Origin: Escherichia coli
GTDB taxonomy: Bacteria; Pseudomonadota; Gammaproteobacteria; Enterobacterales; Enterobacteriaceae
Reading direction: 5' to 3' (one strand)
Assembly: GCA_902500205.1 (NCBI GenBank)
Contig: GCA_902500205.1_4868.1
Length of the DNA stretch: 64,000 bases
The translations under genes were made by a program, and so were the position numbers. Below, piece after piece: positions 49,036-58,414 of the stretch; within the stretch, counting starts at the first letter, position 1; every line of letters begins with the position of its first letter. The notes under the pieces are model-generated. The model made no database searches. It was given only the letters and a program-made list of their open reading frames with translations, and was not told the DNA's origin.

Positions 49036-49344
49036 ATGTTCAGCATGTATGATGTTAATACGGGGTTGAAGCATATCATTCTCTGTATGCTCGAATACAT
49101 GATTCCGACATTTACAGAACACGGTACGTGGGACGTAGAAACAGTCTCACTGATTGTTAGGTGCTATCGTCCCAGAAGTCATTCGCGGGAAATCCACACC
49201 ATCGCGTCTCACGTTCATCGTGCTATCTGTGAGGAAATGGGCATTCCTCCGAAAGGGTATCGGTATCATTATAATCAAGCAGACAGAATTCTCCGTTTCA
49301 TTCCACGTAAGGTAACAGATGTCTATGATGACGGTTTATACTGA
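49036..49344 (+). CDS. hypothetical protein (about 102 aa), start uncertain
   Basis: Track ORF 48877..49344 overlaps previous gene; first ATG past overlap is 49036. Confidence 0.4.
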   Translation: MFSMYDVNTGLKHIILCMLEYMIPTFTEHGTWDVETVSLIVRCYRPRSHSREIHTIASHVHRAICEEMGIPPKGYRYHYNQADRILRFIPRKVTDVYDDGLY

Positions 49345-49726
49345 GTTCGTGCGATTGACTTGCCGACTCACCGCACTCGTCAAAGAGAATCTCGGCATCG
49401 ATTACCAGGATGCTGCGGTAGAGCTTGACGACTATATCGAGCAAATTGTTCGGTTGCATGTTCTGCGGAAAAAATATGGCGTTATCGATAGCATGATACG
49501 CCAGTTCTTTATGGAGTATGTTCACGATAACCCAATCATTACTCCAACCACGTCGGCAAAATACTGGGCTCTTTGTCGATTTGAGTTGTTGATACGGGAC
49601 ACCGATTGCATCTGGCAAGCAATCGACGAGGACATGACTTATTTACCACAATCCGACTTCCTCCTTTGGCATGTAGGAGATGGTGTCTGGAAAATGTTAA
49701 CTACAGGGGTTACTTACAATGATTGA
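49319..49726 (+). CDS. hypothetical protein (135 aa)
   Basis: Complete ORF in operon. Confidence 0.6.
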   Translation: MSMMTVYTEFVRLTCRLTALVKENLGIDYQDAAVELDDYIEQIVRLHVLRKKYGVIDSMIRQFFMEYVHDNPIITPTTSAKYWALCRFELLIRDTDCIWQAIDEDMTYLPQSDFLLWHVGDGVWKMLTTGVTYND

Positions 49727-50228
49727 GCGATCTCATTTTTATATCCCCGGCTATCAGTTATTGGCTGGGCCGTTAACGGAGTTTTCGCCAAACGATGTGC
49801 TCCGCGAAGTGAATGACGATTTGAACTCGATAATCAATACCGCCATGAGCTTCGTGGAACGTGGAACCATTGGTAGTGAGTTAAAGTTTATGATGAACAA
49901 TACCTTTGGGTTTGTTTCTCGTACACTGAATGCGCACGGCGTTGTGTTGGAAAATGAGCAAGTAATCACTTACGGCACCGCAATTCAAAACATCGGTCGT
50001 GCGTATATGACCGCCGTATCGCAGTCTCCTTATTGGTTTACTCACTACGGTCGTTGGGTCGGTGCACAATACACAACGCGCAATCCGGCGGATGTCGAAT
50101 TCTTATTAGACTATAACGGTGGTGATAAATTCCCACAGTTTGCCAGCCAGGAAGCGTACGAGCGAATCACCCCACAACTTCTGCCTGTTATCGATTTGCT
50201 TATCGGTAATCTCGGAGGTCGTGTATGA
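49719..50228 (+). CDS. hypothetical protein (169 aa)
   Basis: 8-nt overlap with upstream gene. Confidence 0.65.
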   Translation: MIERSHFYIPGYQLLAGPLTEFSPNDVLREVNDDLNSIINTAMSFVERGTIGSELKFMMNNTFGFVSRTLNAHGVVLENEQVITYGTAIQNIGRAYMTAVSQSPYWFTHYGRWVGAQYTTRNPADVEFLLDYNGGDKFPQFASQEAYERITPQLLPVIDLLIGNLGGRV

Positions 50229-50713
50229 GCGTTCTGTTTGATGTGGCGGATATTGCGAACCAATATAGCGCGACTCGGTTTTACGAGCATGTTCGTGAAG
50301 CGGCATTGCGTGTACTGGAAGCCAGTAACCTGGAGATTGATGAAACACAGATACGTGATTTTTATCAACGTTTTGCGTTTGCGTATATCATCGGTGTGAA
50401 AACTCGTGACCCTTCGACGATGGTTGATTTGTTACAGGAAGACACGCTTGAACCTCTGGGCAATTGGGAGTTGGTGTCCGATGGTCTGTCCGTTGACCAG
50501 TTCGCTAAGGAAACGTCTGTCGATACGACGTTTCTGGCAGCACAAGGTTCGCCCGAACAACATCAAGCCGCCTTCGGCGCTGCGGTAAGTTTGCTGGCCG
50601 AAGAGTTAACAAACTTAACTGGTTTTGCTGGGCTGATAGAGTCGCTGTATCCGGGGCGATATCAAACGTATGTGGGTGATAGTTTTAACGATGTGGTGTT
50701 AATCTGCGAATGA
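50225..50713 (+). CDS. hypothetical protein (162 aa)
   Basis: ATGA stop-start overlap. Confidence 0.65.
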   Translation: MSVLFDVADIANQYSATRFYEHVREAALRVLEASNLEIDETQIRDFYQRFAFAYIIGVKTRDPSTMVDLLQEDTLEPLGNWELVSDGLSVDQFAKETSVDTTFLAAQGSPEQHQAAFGAAVSLLAEELTNLTGFAGLIESLYPGRYQTYVGDSFNDVVLICE

Positions 50714-51141
50714 AACTGTACATGACCATAGGCGAAGTCTTCAAATATGAGTCGTTGTTGGCACGGGCCGAGATTGCTGATACTAGCGAGATCGAGCCCG
50801 CTGTCGCTTATTTGTTTCTGGCCAGTTACGCCGAATTAACGGTACGTTCTATTGTTAATGGGCTAGGTAAGGGTAAGAACTTTCTTACTTTTATTCCCCC
50901 AGACCCTGCGTTGATACTGGAACAGTTGCGCGGGATGTGGGGTACTGAAAAGGTGCTGCCTCTAAACTGCTACAGCATGAGCAGTGGGATTAAGGATGAT
51001 GTTCGGTTCTATGAAATCCTTTCCGTGATAGAACGTGTGTGGGGCATGGCTGGCTTGACTCCAGAAGACGGAGCAAAAAAGACAAAGGTTTCACTCCTTA
51101 TGAATGAAATTGGCAACGCACTCATCTGTGTTGAATGTTAA
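50710..51141 (+). CDS. hypothetical protein (143 aa)
   Basis: ATGA stop-start overlap. Confidence 0.65.
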   Translation: MKLYMTIGEVFKYESLLARAEIADTSEIEPAVAYLFLASYAELTVRSIVNGLGKGKNFLTFIPPDPALILEQLRGMWGTEKVLPLNCYSMSSGIKDDVRFYEILSVIERVWGMAGLTPEDGAKKTKVSLLMNEIGNALICVEC

Positions 51142-51150
51142 GGAGTACGA

Positions 51151-51750
51151 ATGATCTACAAGGTGATCGCCAACCACTTGATTAATGTGGACTTGGGGGT
51201 CGTGGGGTATCTTCCGGACGGTATGCGGTTTTTGGATTTGGTGGTTGACACCGTAGTCCGCCTACCGCGTATCACCGTGGAGATACCCGTAAAAGAATTG
51301 GACCAGGACGAGATACACGAACTTATACGTGAAACGCTGACTAGCTATACGTACGAGTTTCGTTGCATGTTGCCTCGCACCGACCTTACGTTCTTGCACG
51401 ACTTCTTTACGTTACTGACTGACGAGTACCGTCGGTGGAAGTTTAATGTTGCAATGGAAGCCAGCACTGAGTCACATTTTAACGGGCTGACACCATTGTT
51501 AGATTTAGCGTTGGTGTACAAAGAGCAAGACAGTTCACACTGGGCCACGCTCAAGCACTACACGTTGGATCTAATGGCGACCGCCGTAACGGAGGCAGTT
51601 ATGGCGCATTATGTTGAGCCGGTGAAGATGTTCTTAGAGGCGCATAATGGCGCTATCCGTACGTTGGTTCTCAAGGTGGACTTCCCGAAAACACCAGTGA
51701 CCAATGCTTTGGATATGAGGCTGCTTATTGATGTTCCTGAGGAGGAATAA
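51151..51750 (+). CDS. hypothetical protein (199 aa)
   Basis: ATG with AAGGAG upstream. Confidence 0.7.
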   Translation: MIYKVIANHLINVDLGVVGYLPDGMRFLDLVVDTVVRLPRITVEIPVKELDQDEIHELIRETLTSYTYEFRCMLPRTDLTFLHDFFTLLTDEYRRWKFNVAMEASTESHFNGLTPLLDLALVYKEQDSSHWATLKHYTLDLMATAVTEAVMAHYVEPVKMFLEAHNGAIRTLVLKVDFPKTPVTNALDMRLLIDVPEEE

Positions 51751-52160
51751 TGTTCGATTTACGCACACTGGTCGCTGGGCAAAAAGTTAACATTGTTTAC
51801 GACACCCCTTTGAAAGGGCAAGAGACGCGTGTAATTATTCTGGCAACCGGCGTTGGCTATGAAATGGCCAAAAGCTATATGGATGTGATGGCGGAGCAGA
51901 AGAATATCTACTCATCCATCGTCTCTCAGCCAGAAGATAACGTGAACAAATACACGTATCTGATTTTCAAAGGTGTTGACGGCAAACCAAAAGTCGCTGC
52001 CGATGCCTGGATTCGTGATGTTCAGATTATCGAAAACACGAAGGTGCGCTTCACCGTCACCCTGGATAACAAACAGGAGATTGACGACCTTAAACGCGCC
52101 CTGGCTGCCAATGGTTTCAATGATGTCGATTTTGAAATCGTTGAGAGCATTGCCGGTTAA
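51750..52160 (+). CDS. hypothetical protein (136 aa)
   Basis: TAATG overlap; GAGGAGG RBS. Confidence 0.7.
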   Translation: MFDLRTLVAGQKVNIVYDTPLKGQETRVIILATGVGYEMAKSYMDVMAEQKNIYSSIVSQPEDNVNKYTYLIFKGVDGKPKVAADAWIRDVQIIENTKVRFTVTLDNKQEIDDLKRALAANGFNDVDFEIVESIAG

Positions 52161-52164
52161 AGTA

Positions 52165-52202
52165 ATCCCACTCTTCGGAGTGGGTTATTTTTTTTTCTTT
52201 TT
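52165..52202 (+). terminator. intrinsic terminator closing the operon
   Basis: CCCACTC-TTCGG-AGTGGG followed by TTATTTTTTTTTCTTTTTT. Confidence 0.7.
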
Positions 52203-52251
52203 TCACGTATCCCGCAAGTCTTATAGCTGAGTAAAAACCAAGGGGCCAGAC

Positions 52252-54531
52252 GTGGACTACAATTCACCATTTCGTCTTAGTCAAGACGAGTATCATCGCG
52301 ACATTGACGTTATCGATGCGTACTACGAACAACTGGCGCTCTACATTCATACCGTCACCAACGGGAAATATTCTTTGGAGTTCTGTCGACAGCAGGTCGA
52401 AGAAATGTTCCAACCTGGTGGTGAGTTAGTACACGAATTCCCCGTGTGTAAGATGTGGGTGCGCAATCAAAAGACCGGCGATCGCGAAGAAAAATACACC
52501 ACGGTAGATAAACTGTTCCGTACAGTGATTGATAAGCAGATCATTTCTGCACCGTCGTTGACTTTCTATTTGCCGGAACACGTAAAGCGTTCTAAGCTTG
52601 CCGAATTTACCGCAGAGAACGTGCGTAAGCGTGCGGTGGTTAAGAAAGAGATGTATGCGGCCGGTGCTGCAGGCAACGAAGTTTTACGTATTAACAAAAA
52701 GAACGAACAGAACGCTGTTAAAACGCTGAACAACGGGATGTCTGGTGCATTCTCATCACCGTACACGGTAATCTTTAACCAGTCTTCGCACTCTGTATTG
52801 ACGTCAACCTGCCGTACGGCTACATCGTTCGGTAACGCGGGCAACGAACGTCTACTGGGCGGTAATCGTCACTACGACACGCCGTCCCGTGTTATCGACC
52901 ACTTACTGTCTATTGGTACACTGACTAACTTTGCGGAGTTCAAGAAGTGTATGGAACTCTATAACCTCCACTACCCAACAGTGGACGAGGTTATGGAAGT
53001 GGTTATGTACTCTGCAGAGTTTTACTTCCGTAACGACGAAGGGCTGGAGTTCATTCGTCACTACGTCGGTAATTGTAGCCCGCTGGTACGTGCAGCGTTT
53101 GTCTACATGGGTGACTTCTACCACCTGGCGAAATACAACGATGAATTCATGCGCGGATTTATCGGTGCGCTGATTGCCGAGGAGATGGAAGACGAGATCA
53201 CCGATTGGGATGCTGCTGAGCGCTCTATCGACGGTGACATGCAGATCATTATCTCGCAGTTCCGTACTGATATCGTGCCGTTAGGTAAGTCGTTCTCTGA
53301 CGTTAAACTCAAAGACGAAAACACGAACAAAGCGGAACCGTGGGATAAGCAGGAAAAATACAAAGAGCTGATTCGCTCAGCTGTGTATCTGCAGAAAACC
53401 ATCGGTAAGTACGCGTGCTTGATTCGTAATATCCTGACCACCAAAAACCTGCCAATCAACATTGCCAGGATGCCTGATGTGGTTCGTCGTGTTGGCGTGG
53501 TGTCTGATACCGACTCCACGATGATGACTGCACAGTGGTGGGCGCAGTGGTATACCGGTCAACATTACGGTCGTGAAGCTACGCGCGTATCGGATGCGAT
53601 GATTTATATCGCAACCCAGCACTTACGTCATCTGATGGCGAGTATGTCGGCGAATATCGGTGTGGCGAAAGAGCGTCTGTTTTTGTACGCAATGAAGAAC
53701 GAATTTAAGTTCGACTCCTTTGCGTTAACCACGAAAGCAAAACACTATTTCTCCATCATCACTGGCCAGGAAGGGCAGTTGAAGTCTGACCCTGAGTTAG
53801 AAGTTAAGGGCGTGTCTTTACGTACGTCGAACATTCCTCCGGTGGTCATGAAAGAGTTCAAACGCACGATCAAAGAACTCTGTGAGATCGTGGCACGTGG
53901 TGACAAGATTAAGATTCTGCCTCTGCTGGAAAAGGTTGCTGCAATTGAGCACGTTGTGGTGGACTCTATTCGTGCTGGTAAAGCAGGCTACCTGAAAACA
54001 ACCAACGTCAAAGACCGTAGTGCGTACTCTGAAGATGATGAAAAGAGTTACCACTACCACCGCATGTACAACGCTATCTTTGGACCGAAGTACGGCTACC
54101 TGGACGAACCGCCTTATGACGCCGTGAAGCTTCCGGTAAACCTGGAGAACAAAACAGCCGTTAAAGAGTGGCTGGAAAACATTAAAGACCCGATGATTAA
54201 GACCACCGCAACACGGTGGTTCGAAGAAAACAACTATCGTACCTATCGTACTCTGATACTGCCAGAGTTCCTGGTGGAAAACTTCGGTATTCCGCCGGAG
54301 CTGATTGATGCTGCAGACACACGTCGAAGCGCATTCTCCACAGTAGAACCTTACTATCACATTCTGGAATGTCTGGGTGTGTTCATGATGGACAAGAATA
54401 GAACTCGTCTGCTTTCGGATTACTACGGTGAGTCTGTAGATTCCGTCAAGGAAGAATTAGGTAGTGGTGAGTACGTTAAGAAATCTGAACGTGATGGAGA
54501 GGAAGAAGATGGGGAAGAAGCGGAGGAGTAA
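52252..54531 (+). CDS. hypothetical protein (759 aa)
   Basis: GTG start with AAGGGG 6 nt upstream (no in-frame ATG upstream); long ORF. Confidence 0.8.
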   Translation: MDYNSPFRLSQDEYHRDIDVIDAYYEQLALYIHTVTNGKYSLEFCRQQVEEMFQPGGELVHEFPVCKMWVRNQKTGDREEKYTTVDKLFRTVIDKQIISAPSLTFYLPEHVKRSKLAEFTAENVRKRAVVKKEMYAAGAAGNEVLRINKKNEQNAVKTLNNGMSGAFSSPYTVIFNQSSHSVLTSTCRTATSFGNAGNERLLGGNRHYDTPSRVIDHLLSIGTLTNFAEFKKCMELYNLHYPTVDEVMEVVMYSAEFYFRNDEGLEFIRHYVGNCSPLVRAAFVYMGDFYHLAKYNDEFMRGFIGALIAEEMEDEITDWDAAERSIDGDMQIIISQFRTDIVPLGKSFSDVKLKDENTNKAEPWDKQEKYKELIRSAVYLQKTIGKYACLIRNILTTKNLPINIARMPDVVRRVGVVSDTDSTMMTAQWWAQWYTGQHYGREATRVSDAMIYIATQHLRHLMASMSANIGVAKERLFLYAMKNEFKFDSFALTTKAKHYFSIITGQEGQLKSDPELEVKGVSLRTSNIPPVVMKEFKRTIKELCEIVARGDKIKILPLLEKVAAIEHVVVDSIRAGKAGYLKTTNVKDRSAYSEDDEKSYHYHRMYNAIFGPKYGYLDEPPYDAVKLPVNLENKTAVKEWLENIKDPMIKTTATRWFEENNYRTYRTLILPEFLVENFGIPPELIDAADTRRSAFSTVEPYYHILECLGVFMMDKNRTRLLSDYYGESVDSVKEELGSGEYVKKSERDGEEEDGEEAEE

Positions 54532-54644
54532 GAATAAGTCACGATCGTGTGTACCACAAACAATAACCGTTACGTGGGTGGACCCAGCACCGGTACCGAC
54601 GGCGCTACTCAATCTTTGGTTATCTTATCTAAAGGATGAACATT

Positions 54645-54917
54645 GTGTCGAAACGAAACAGTAAAGCAAATAACTGGGGCTGGCGACAGCTCTATTTGCA
54701 CAGCCAGCCTAACCTGGTACGGCAGCATGTGTTGTCTTTGCCGACGCAGTTTCAAACAATGGCATCGTGTGAAGGTTCAGTATCGCCACGCGATGATCGT
54801 TGGAAAACCGTGAAACCGGTTGTGTCTATTGACAAGCAATTTGACAATCCTCTCGACGGTTGGTTTGCAGCAATAGGCGGTTTAAACGTACGGGTGGAAG
54901 GGTATGTATCGAAATAG
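54645..54917 (+). CDS. small hypothetical protein (about 90 aa)
   Basis: Track ORF 54636..54917; GTG at 54645 has AAGGA 8 nt upstream. Confidence 0.35.
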   Translation: MSKRNSKANNWGWRQLYLHSQPNLVRQHVLSLPTQFQTMASCEGSVSPRDDRWKTVKPVVSIDKQFDNPLDGWFAAIGGLNVRVEGYVSK

Positions 54918-55101
54918 TGGGAAGTCCACAGAGATGATAACCGCAATCCGTCGCGACCTCGAAGAACGAGGTTGTGTGGATATTGAGTTGCATCAGGCAG
55001 GCGAAACGGTGCATATCACGGCATTGGATGCCAAACGGAAACGTAGCATCACTGTGTGGGGTAAACCGTACGCAAGTGATCTCACGGAGACGATAAAATA
55101 G
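54904..55101 (+). CDS. small hypothetical protein (65 aa)
   Basis: ATG with GAAGGG upstream; followed by terminator. Confidence 0.4.
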   Translation: MYRNSGKSTEMITAIRRDLEERGCVDIELHQAGETVHITALDAKRKRSITVWGKPYASDLTETIK

Positions 55102-55110
55102 TAGACAGAC

Positions 55111-55156
55111 AAAAAAAATAAAAAAAAGAACTACACACCGAAGTGTGTAGTTTTTG
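55111..55156. terminator. bidirectional intrinsic terminator
   Basis: A-run, hairpin CTACACAC-CGAA-GTGTGTAG, T-run; between convergent genes. Confidence 0.65.
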
Positions 55157-55204
55157 TATATAGTATGAATACTCGAAAGAGTGTTCGCGAGGAGAGAGTA
55201 AGTC

Positions 55205-56272
55205 TTATTTTTCTTCTAGCTCTGTCATCAACGGGATAATCAAATCGCGTTGGATGAAGTTATAGAAGGATTTGGTCAAACGTGTGAGGACTTTAGAGTC
55301 CACATAACGCGCCAAATCAACCAACATCGTACGTTTGTGTTTCTCCATATTCCCCTGGTTGTATTGAAGACAAAACAGTGCCCAGTACCAGTTCACCATG
55401 TTCTGGTGCCAGGTGTTCTGCAGTGTTTGACCTGGTTCTCGAAAGACAATCAGTTCCAGTGCAGTGTGGCCTTCTTCATCAGGGTGTTGGAAGAACAATG
55501 GGATGTTGTTTAAGACTTGTCCCGGTAACGGGTTGGCAGCCAGTAGTTTACTACGGATGCCTTTTGCGTGCTTCACAGCTAAAGCTTGAAGCGGCGGAAC
55601 AGGAATGACACGTAATGTTTCATCCGGTTCAATCTCTTTCCCGAAGGCTATCGCACGATGTATATTTACAAAGGCGATATCCATGTAGCTCGGCAACATG
55701 CGAGAGATCACATGTCGTTGGAGATACACAGGTGTGGCAATAGGTTCGGTACCGCGACTGTAGTGCTGCTGGCCTTTGACATATTGCCAAAGCAAAGCAA
55801 CCAGGTTGATTTCGATCACCGTAACACCTCGGGGCCGTCCGTCACCGAACTTCCAATTGAGGTTGGTATACTCATGGTAGAGGTAACGGGCGGGGGTGTA
55901 GTCGCGGAACGAAAGGTCTGGATTTACTGGGCGGGCTACGAGAGAGATTACCTCATCTTGGCCCTGGATAAACTTGCTATTAAAGATTTGACCGTACTCA
56001 CCAACAGACGTCAAGCGTAAGGCGTTACCGATCTGAACAAGCTTGCGACGGCAAGCCCATTCGATGTCTTCGTACTCTGGTTCACCGGCATAGCCGATGG
56101 CAGACAACACCTGTTGCAACAAATGGCCATTACCAGCACTGCGATTAAGCTGTTCGAAGTAGTTGCGTATACGCTGGCTGTTGTTTTTTACGTGAGCCGC
56201 TAATGTTATAGCGGAGGGGTCCGTGCTGTGACCCTTTATGGCCACTTGGTTTAACTCGGCTTGGCTGAACAT
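55205..56272 (-). CDS. hypothetical protein (about 355 aa)
   Basis: Track ORF 55205..56293 begins with GTG; ATG at 56272 has TAAGGAG 6 nt upstream. Confidence 0.75.
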   Translation of the reverse strand: MFSQAELNQVAIKGHSTDPSAITLAAHVKNNSQRIRNYFEQLNRSAGNGHLLQQVLSAIGYAGEPEYEDIEWACRRKLVQIGNALRLTSVGEYGQIFNSKFIQGQDEVISLVARPVNPDLSFRDYTPARYLYHEYTNLNWKFGDGRPRGVTVIEINLVALLWQYVKGQQHYSRGTEPIATPVYLQRHVISRMLPSYMDIAFVNIHRAIAFGKEIEPDETLRVIPVPPLQALAVKHAKGIRSKLLAANPLPGQVLNNIPLFFQHPDEEGHTALELIVFREPGQTLQNTWHQNMVNWYWALFCLQYNQGNMEKHKRTMLVDLARYVDSKVLTRLTKSFYNFIQRDLIIPLMTELEEK

Positions 56273-56323
56273 GGCAGACTCCTTAGATTCCACATAGGAA
56301 GTCAGTCACAGTCAAAAATATCT

Positions 56324-56348
56324 CAGATTGATATTATCTATGTGACAG
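56324..56348 (+). promoter_or_regulatory. recurrent promoter-like motif CAGATTGATATTATCTATGTGACAG
   Basis: Family member upstream of the abundant 617-aa protein gene. Confidence 0.4.
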
Positions 56349-56419
56349 TTCCTGAGAAATGTCTGGACTATGTGCCTTGTAAGTAAGCGACGGCGTACTT
56401 GCATTCCATGGAATTACAG

Positions 56420-56439
56420 GCAGATATTATCTCTGCGAA
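56420..56439 (+). promoter_or_regulatory. recurrent promoter-like motif GCAGATATTATCTCTGCGAA
   Basis: Second copy about 40 nt upstream of ATG at 56479, followed by conserved leader. Confidence 0.4.
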
Positions 56440-56478
56440 CCGAACTATGATTGCAATCACTATTAAGGAATATTTAAA

Positions 56479-58332
56479 ATGGTAAAAATCGTTGACTCTA
56501 ACAACAACGCTCAGCAGAACAACACTCAGACTCAAGACACCGCACCACTGGGCGGTCTGGGCAACGAGACTGTAAAAGTGCAAACTGCTGTGCCGGGTAC
56601 TTCTACTGTCAGCCAATTCGATAACGCATTTGGCATCCGCAACATCAGCACCTATGCAATGCACTTCGTCAACCTCCTGGACGAGCTGAAGAAAAGCAAC
56701 GAATACCTCAACGCGTTCCGCTGGGGCACCATCGCCGGCGTGGGTAACGAAATGGGTTCCGCGGCGTATGTCGCAGGCCAGTGGCAGGGCCACTGGCTGT
56801 ATGGTATCATCTTCTTTGAACGCGGTCAGTCTCTGCGTCTGAAAGAAACTACCAACAACGGCCAGGAAGACTACTACACCATCACTGAACTGTTCAACAA
56901 AGACGTGCTGGCAGTAGTACAGAAAAACATCATGGAAGCGCATGGTCTGACCAATGCGAACTTCATGATCATCAACTCCGTACCAGACCTGGGTAAAGTT
57001 CTGGATGCTGAGTGGGCACGTACTCTGATGGGTCAGATGATGATGGGCATCTTCGGTCGTATCGCAGGCTACCTGGGTACGCTGAACCTGCGTAAGCATG
57101 ACCGTTATCAGGCTGCAGTAATGCCGCTGGAAGATGGTGCGGTTGTGGATGCTAACGGCCACGCACAGCGTGCTGATTTCGCAATCACCGTTGAACACAG
57201 CCCAAGCAACGTAACCGACGCCACTCCGACTCTGCTGGACACCAATCAGGTACAGGTGTATCCGCGTGTATCCGGTACTGGTTTCGTCAATATGCGTTTC
57301 ACCGGTCAGAAGCCTGTCGTTAACGGCGTCTACGACCTGAAACAGCTGCAGGCTGAAATCGTAGTAAGTCTGATCGATTCTCAAACTGAAGGTGCAATGG
57401 CACCGTATGAACGTCAACTGCTGCTGCTGGCTGCATTTGCAGAAATCGCGGCAATCGGTGGCTGGCGTGACCTGTTTGTGAAACGTCTGAACAAACAAGA
57501 TCGCAAGTTCTCCCGTGTGGCAGAATACCTGTCCTGGGGCGCTGACGCTCGTCCTGACGTATCCAAAATCGACGGTAGCCGTGAAGCTATCGAAGGTTGC
57601 CTGGATATGTTCGCACCGCGTGAAGCAGCACTGGTAGTTAGCCATCGTGCCGGTAACGGCCTGGGTGGTCTGTCTACTTTGCTGTCTGAAATTGCGGTCG
57701 GTTACGACAACTCTCTGAAACAGCTGCTCGCTATTCTGAATTCCATGTCCCCGCGTGATCAGAACGGCGAAGTTGTTGCAGCGACCAGCTTCACTGCAGT
57801 ATTTGCTTCTGCACTGAAAGCACAGCTGGGCGATGCCTTCAATGGTACCATCCATTGCAGCCACATCGTGAAAGCAGCCGTACCGACTGTTTCCGGTGTT
57901 TACACCGGTACTGCACAGAAACGTAGCTTCCAGGATATGGACCTGATTTCCGTTGTTACCAAACTGGGTGATAACGCGAACGACGTCTATAGCTACCTGA
58001 ACGCACAGTCCTACAGCCACCGTGAACTGAACGAGCGTCAACAGCGTATCTACATGCTGAAACTGGCCGCTTCTCTGTTCGCATCCAAAGCACCGCAAGC
58101 TACCGGTGAATCTCTGGATATGGCTATCAACCCGATCTTCGGTAAATGCCTGCTGGACTTCGTCCGTAACAACTGCACCTGGTCTATGACTGGTGTAAAT
58201 GCCTACAACACGATGGCGACCTCTCTGTTCTTCAACAACGGTGGGGAAGACTTCACGCTGTCTGGCAACGGCCTGTCTGCAAGCGGTTCCGATTTCGGTC
58301 TGGGCGTGACTCTGAGCAACTTCAAACTGTAA
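56479..58332 (+). CDS. abundant 617-aa protein, candidate chimallin (phage-nucleus shell protein); major capsid protein not excluded
   Basis: Strongly host-optimised codons; conserved leader plus AAGGAAT RBS; directly upstream of a beta-prime-like gene, mirroring the phiKZ shell-protein/nvRNAP-subunit adjacency as I recall it. Confidence 0.8.
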   Translation: MVKIVDSNNNAQQNNTQTQDTAPLGGLGNETVKVQTAVPGTSTVSQFDNAFGIRNISTYAMHFVNLLDELKKSNEYLNAFRWGTIAGVGNEMGSAAYVAGQWQGHWLYGIIFFERGQSLRLKETTNNGQEDYYTITELFNKDVLAVVQKNIMEAHGLTNANFMIINSVPDLGKVLDAEWARTLMGQMMMGIFGRIAGYLGTLNLRKHDRYQAAVMPLEDGAVVDANGHAQRADFAITVEHSPSNVTDATPTLLDTNQVQVYPRVSGTGFVNMRFTGQKPVVNGVYDLKQLQAEIVVSLIDSQTEGAMAPYERQLLLLAAFAEIAAIGGWRDLFVKRLNKQDRKFSRVAEYLSWGADARPDVSKIDGSREAIEGCLDMFAPREAALVVSHRAGNGLGGLSTLLSEIAVGYDNSLKQLLAILNSMSPRDQNGEVVAATSFTAVFASALKAQLGDAFNGTIHCSHIVKAAVPTVSGVYTGTAQKRSFQDMDLISVVTKLGDNANDVYSYLNAQSYSHRELNERQQRIYMLKLAASLFASKAPQATGESLDMAINPIFGKCLLDFVRNNCTWSMTGVNAYNTMATSLFFNNGGEDFTLSGNGLSASGSDFGLGVTLSNFKL

Positions 58333-58360
58333 TCGAATCGGTTACTGAGTAGTTAGGAAA

Positions 58361-58400
58361 CGGACGGGGGCTAACGCCTCCGTCCTTCCCTCTTTTTTTG
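58361..58400 (+). terminator. intrinsic terminator
   Basis: GGACGG...CCGTCC hairpin followed by TTCCCTCTTTTTTTG. Confidence 0.55.
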
Positions 58401-58414
58401 TTGAGGTTGACAGT

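Noticed and set aside
56368-58098. 576-aa minus-strand ORF
   Set aside because: Entirely antisense to the codon-optimised 617-aa gene, which has a conserved leader and RBS; treated as a shadow ORF.
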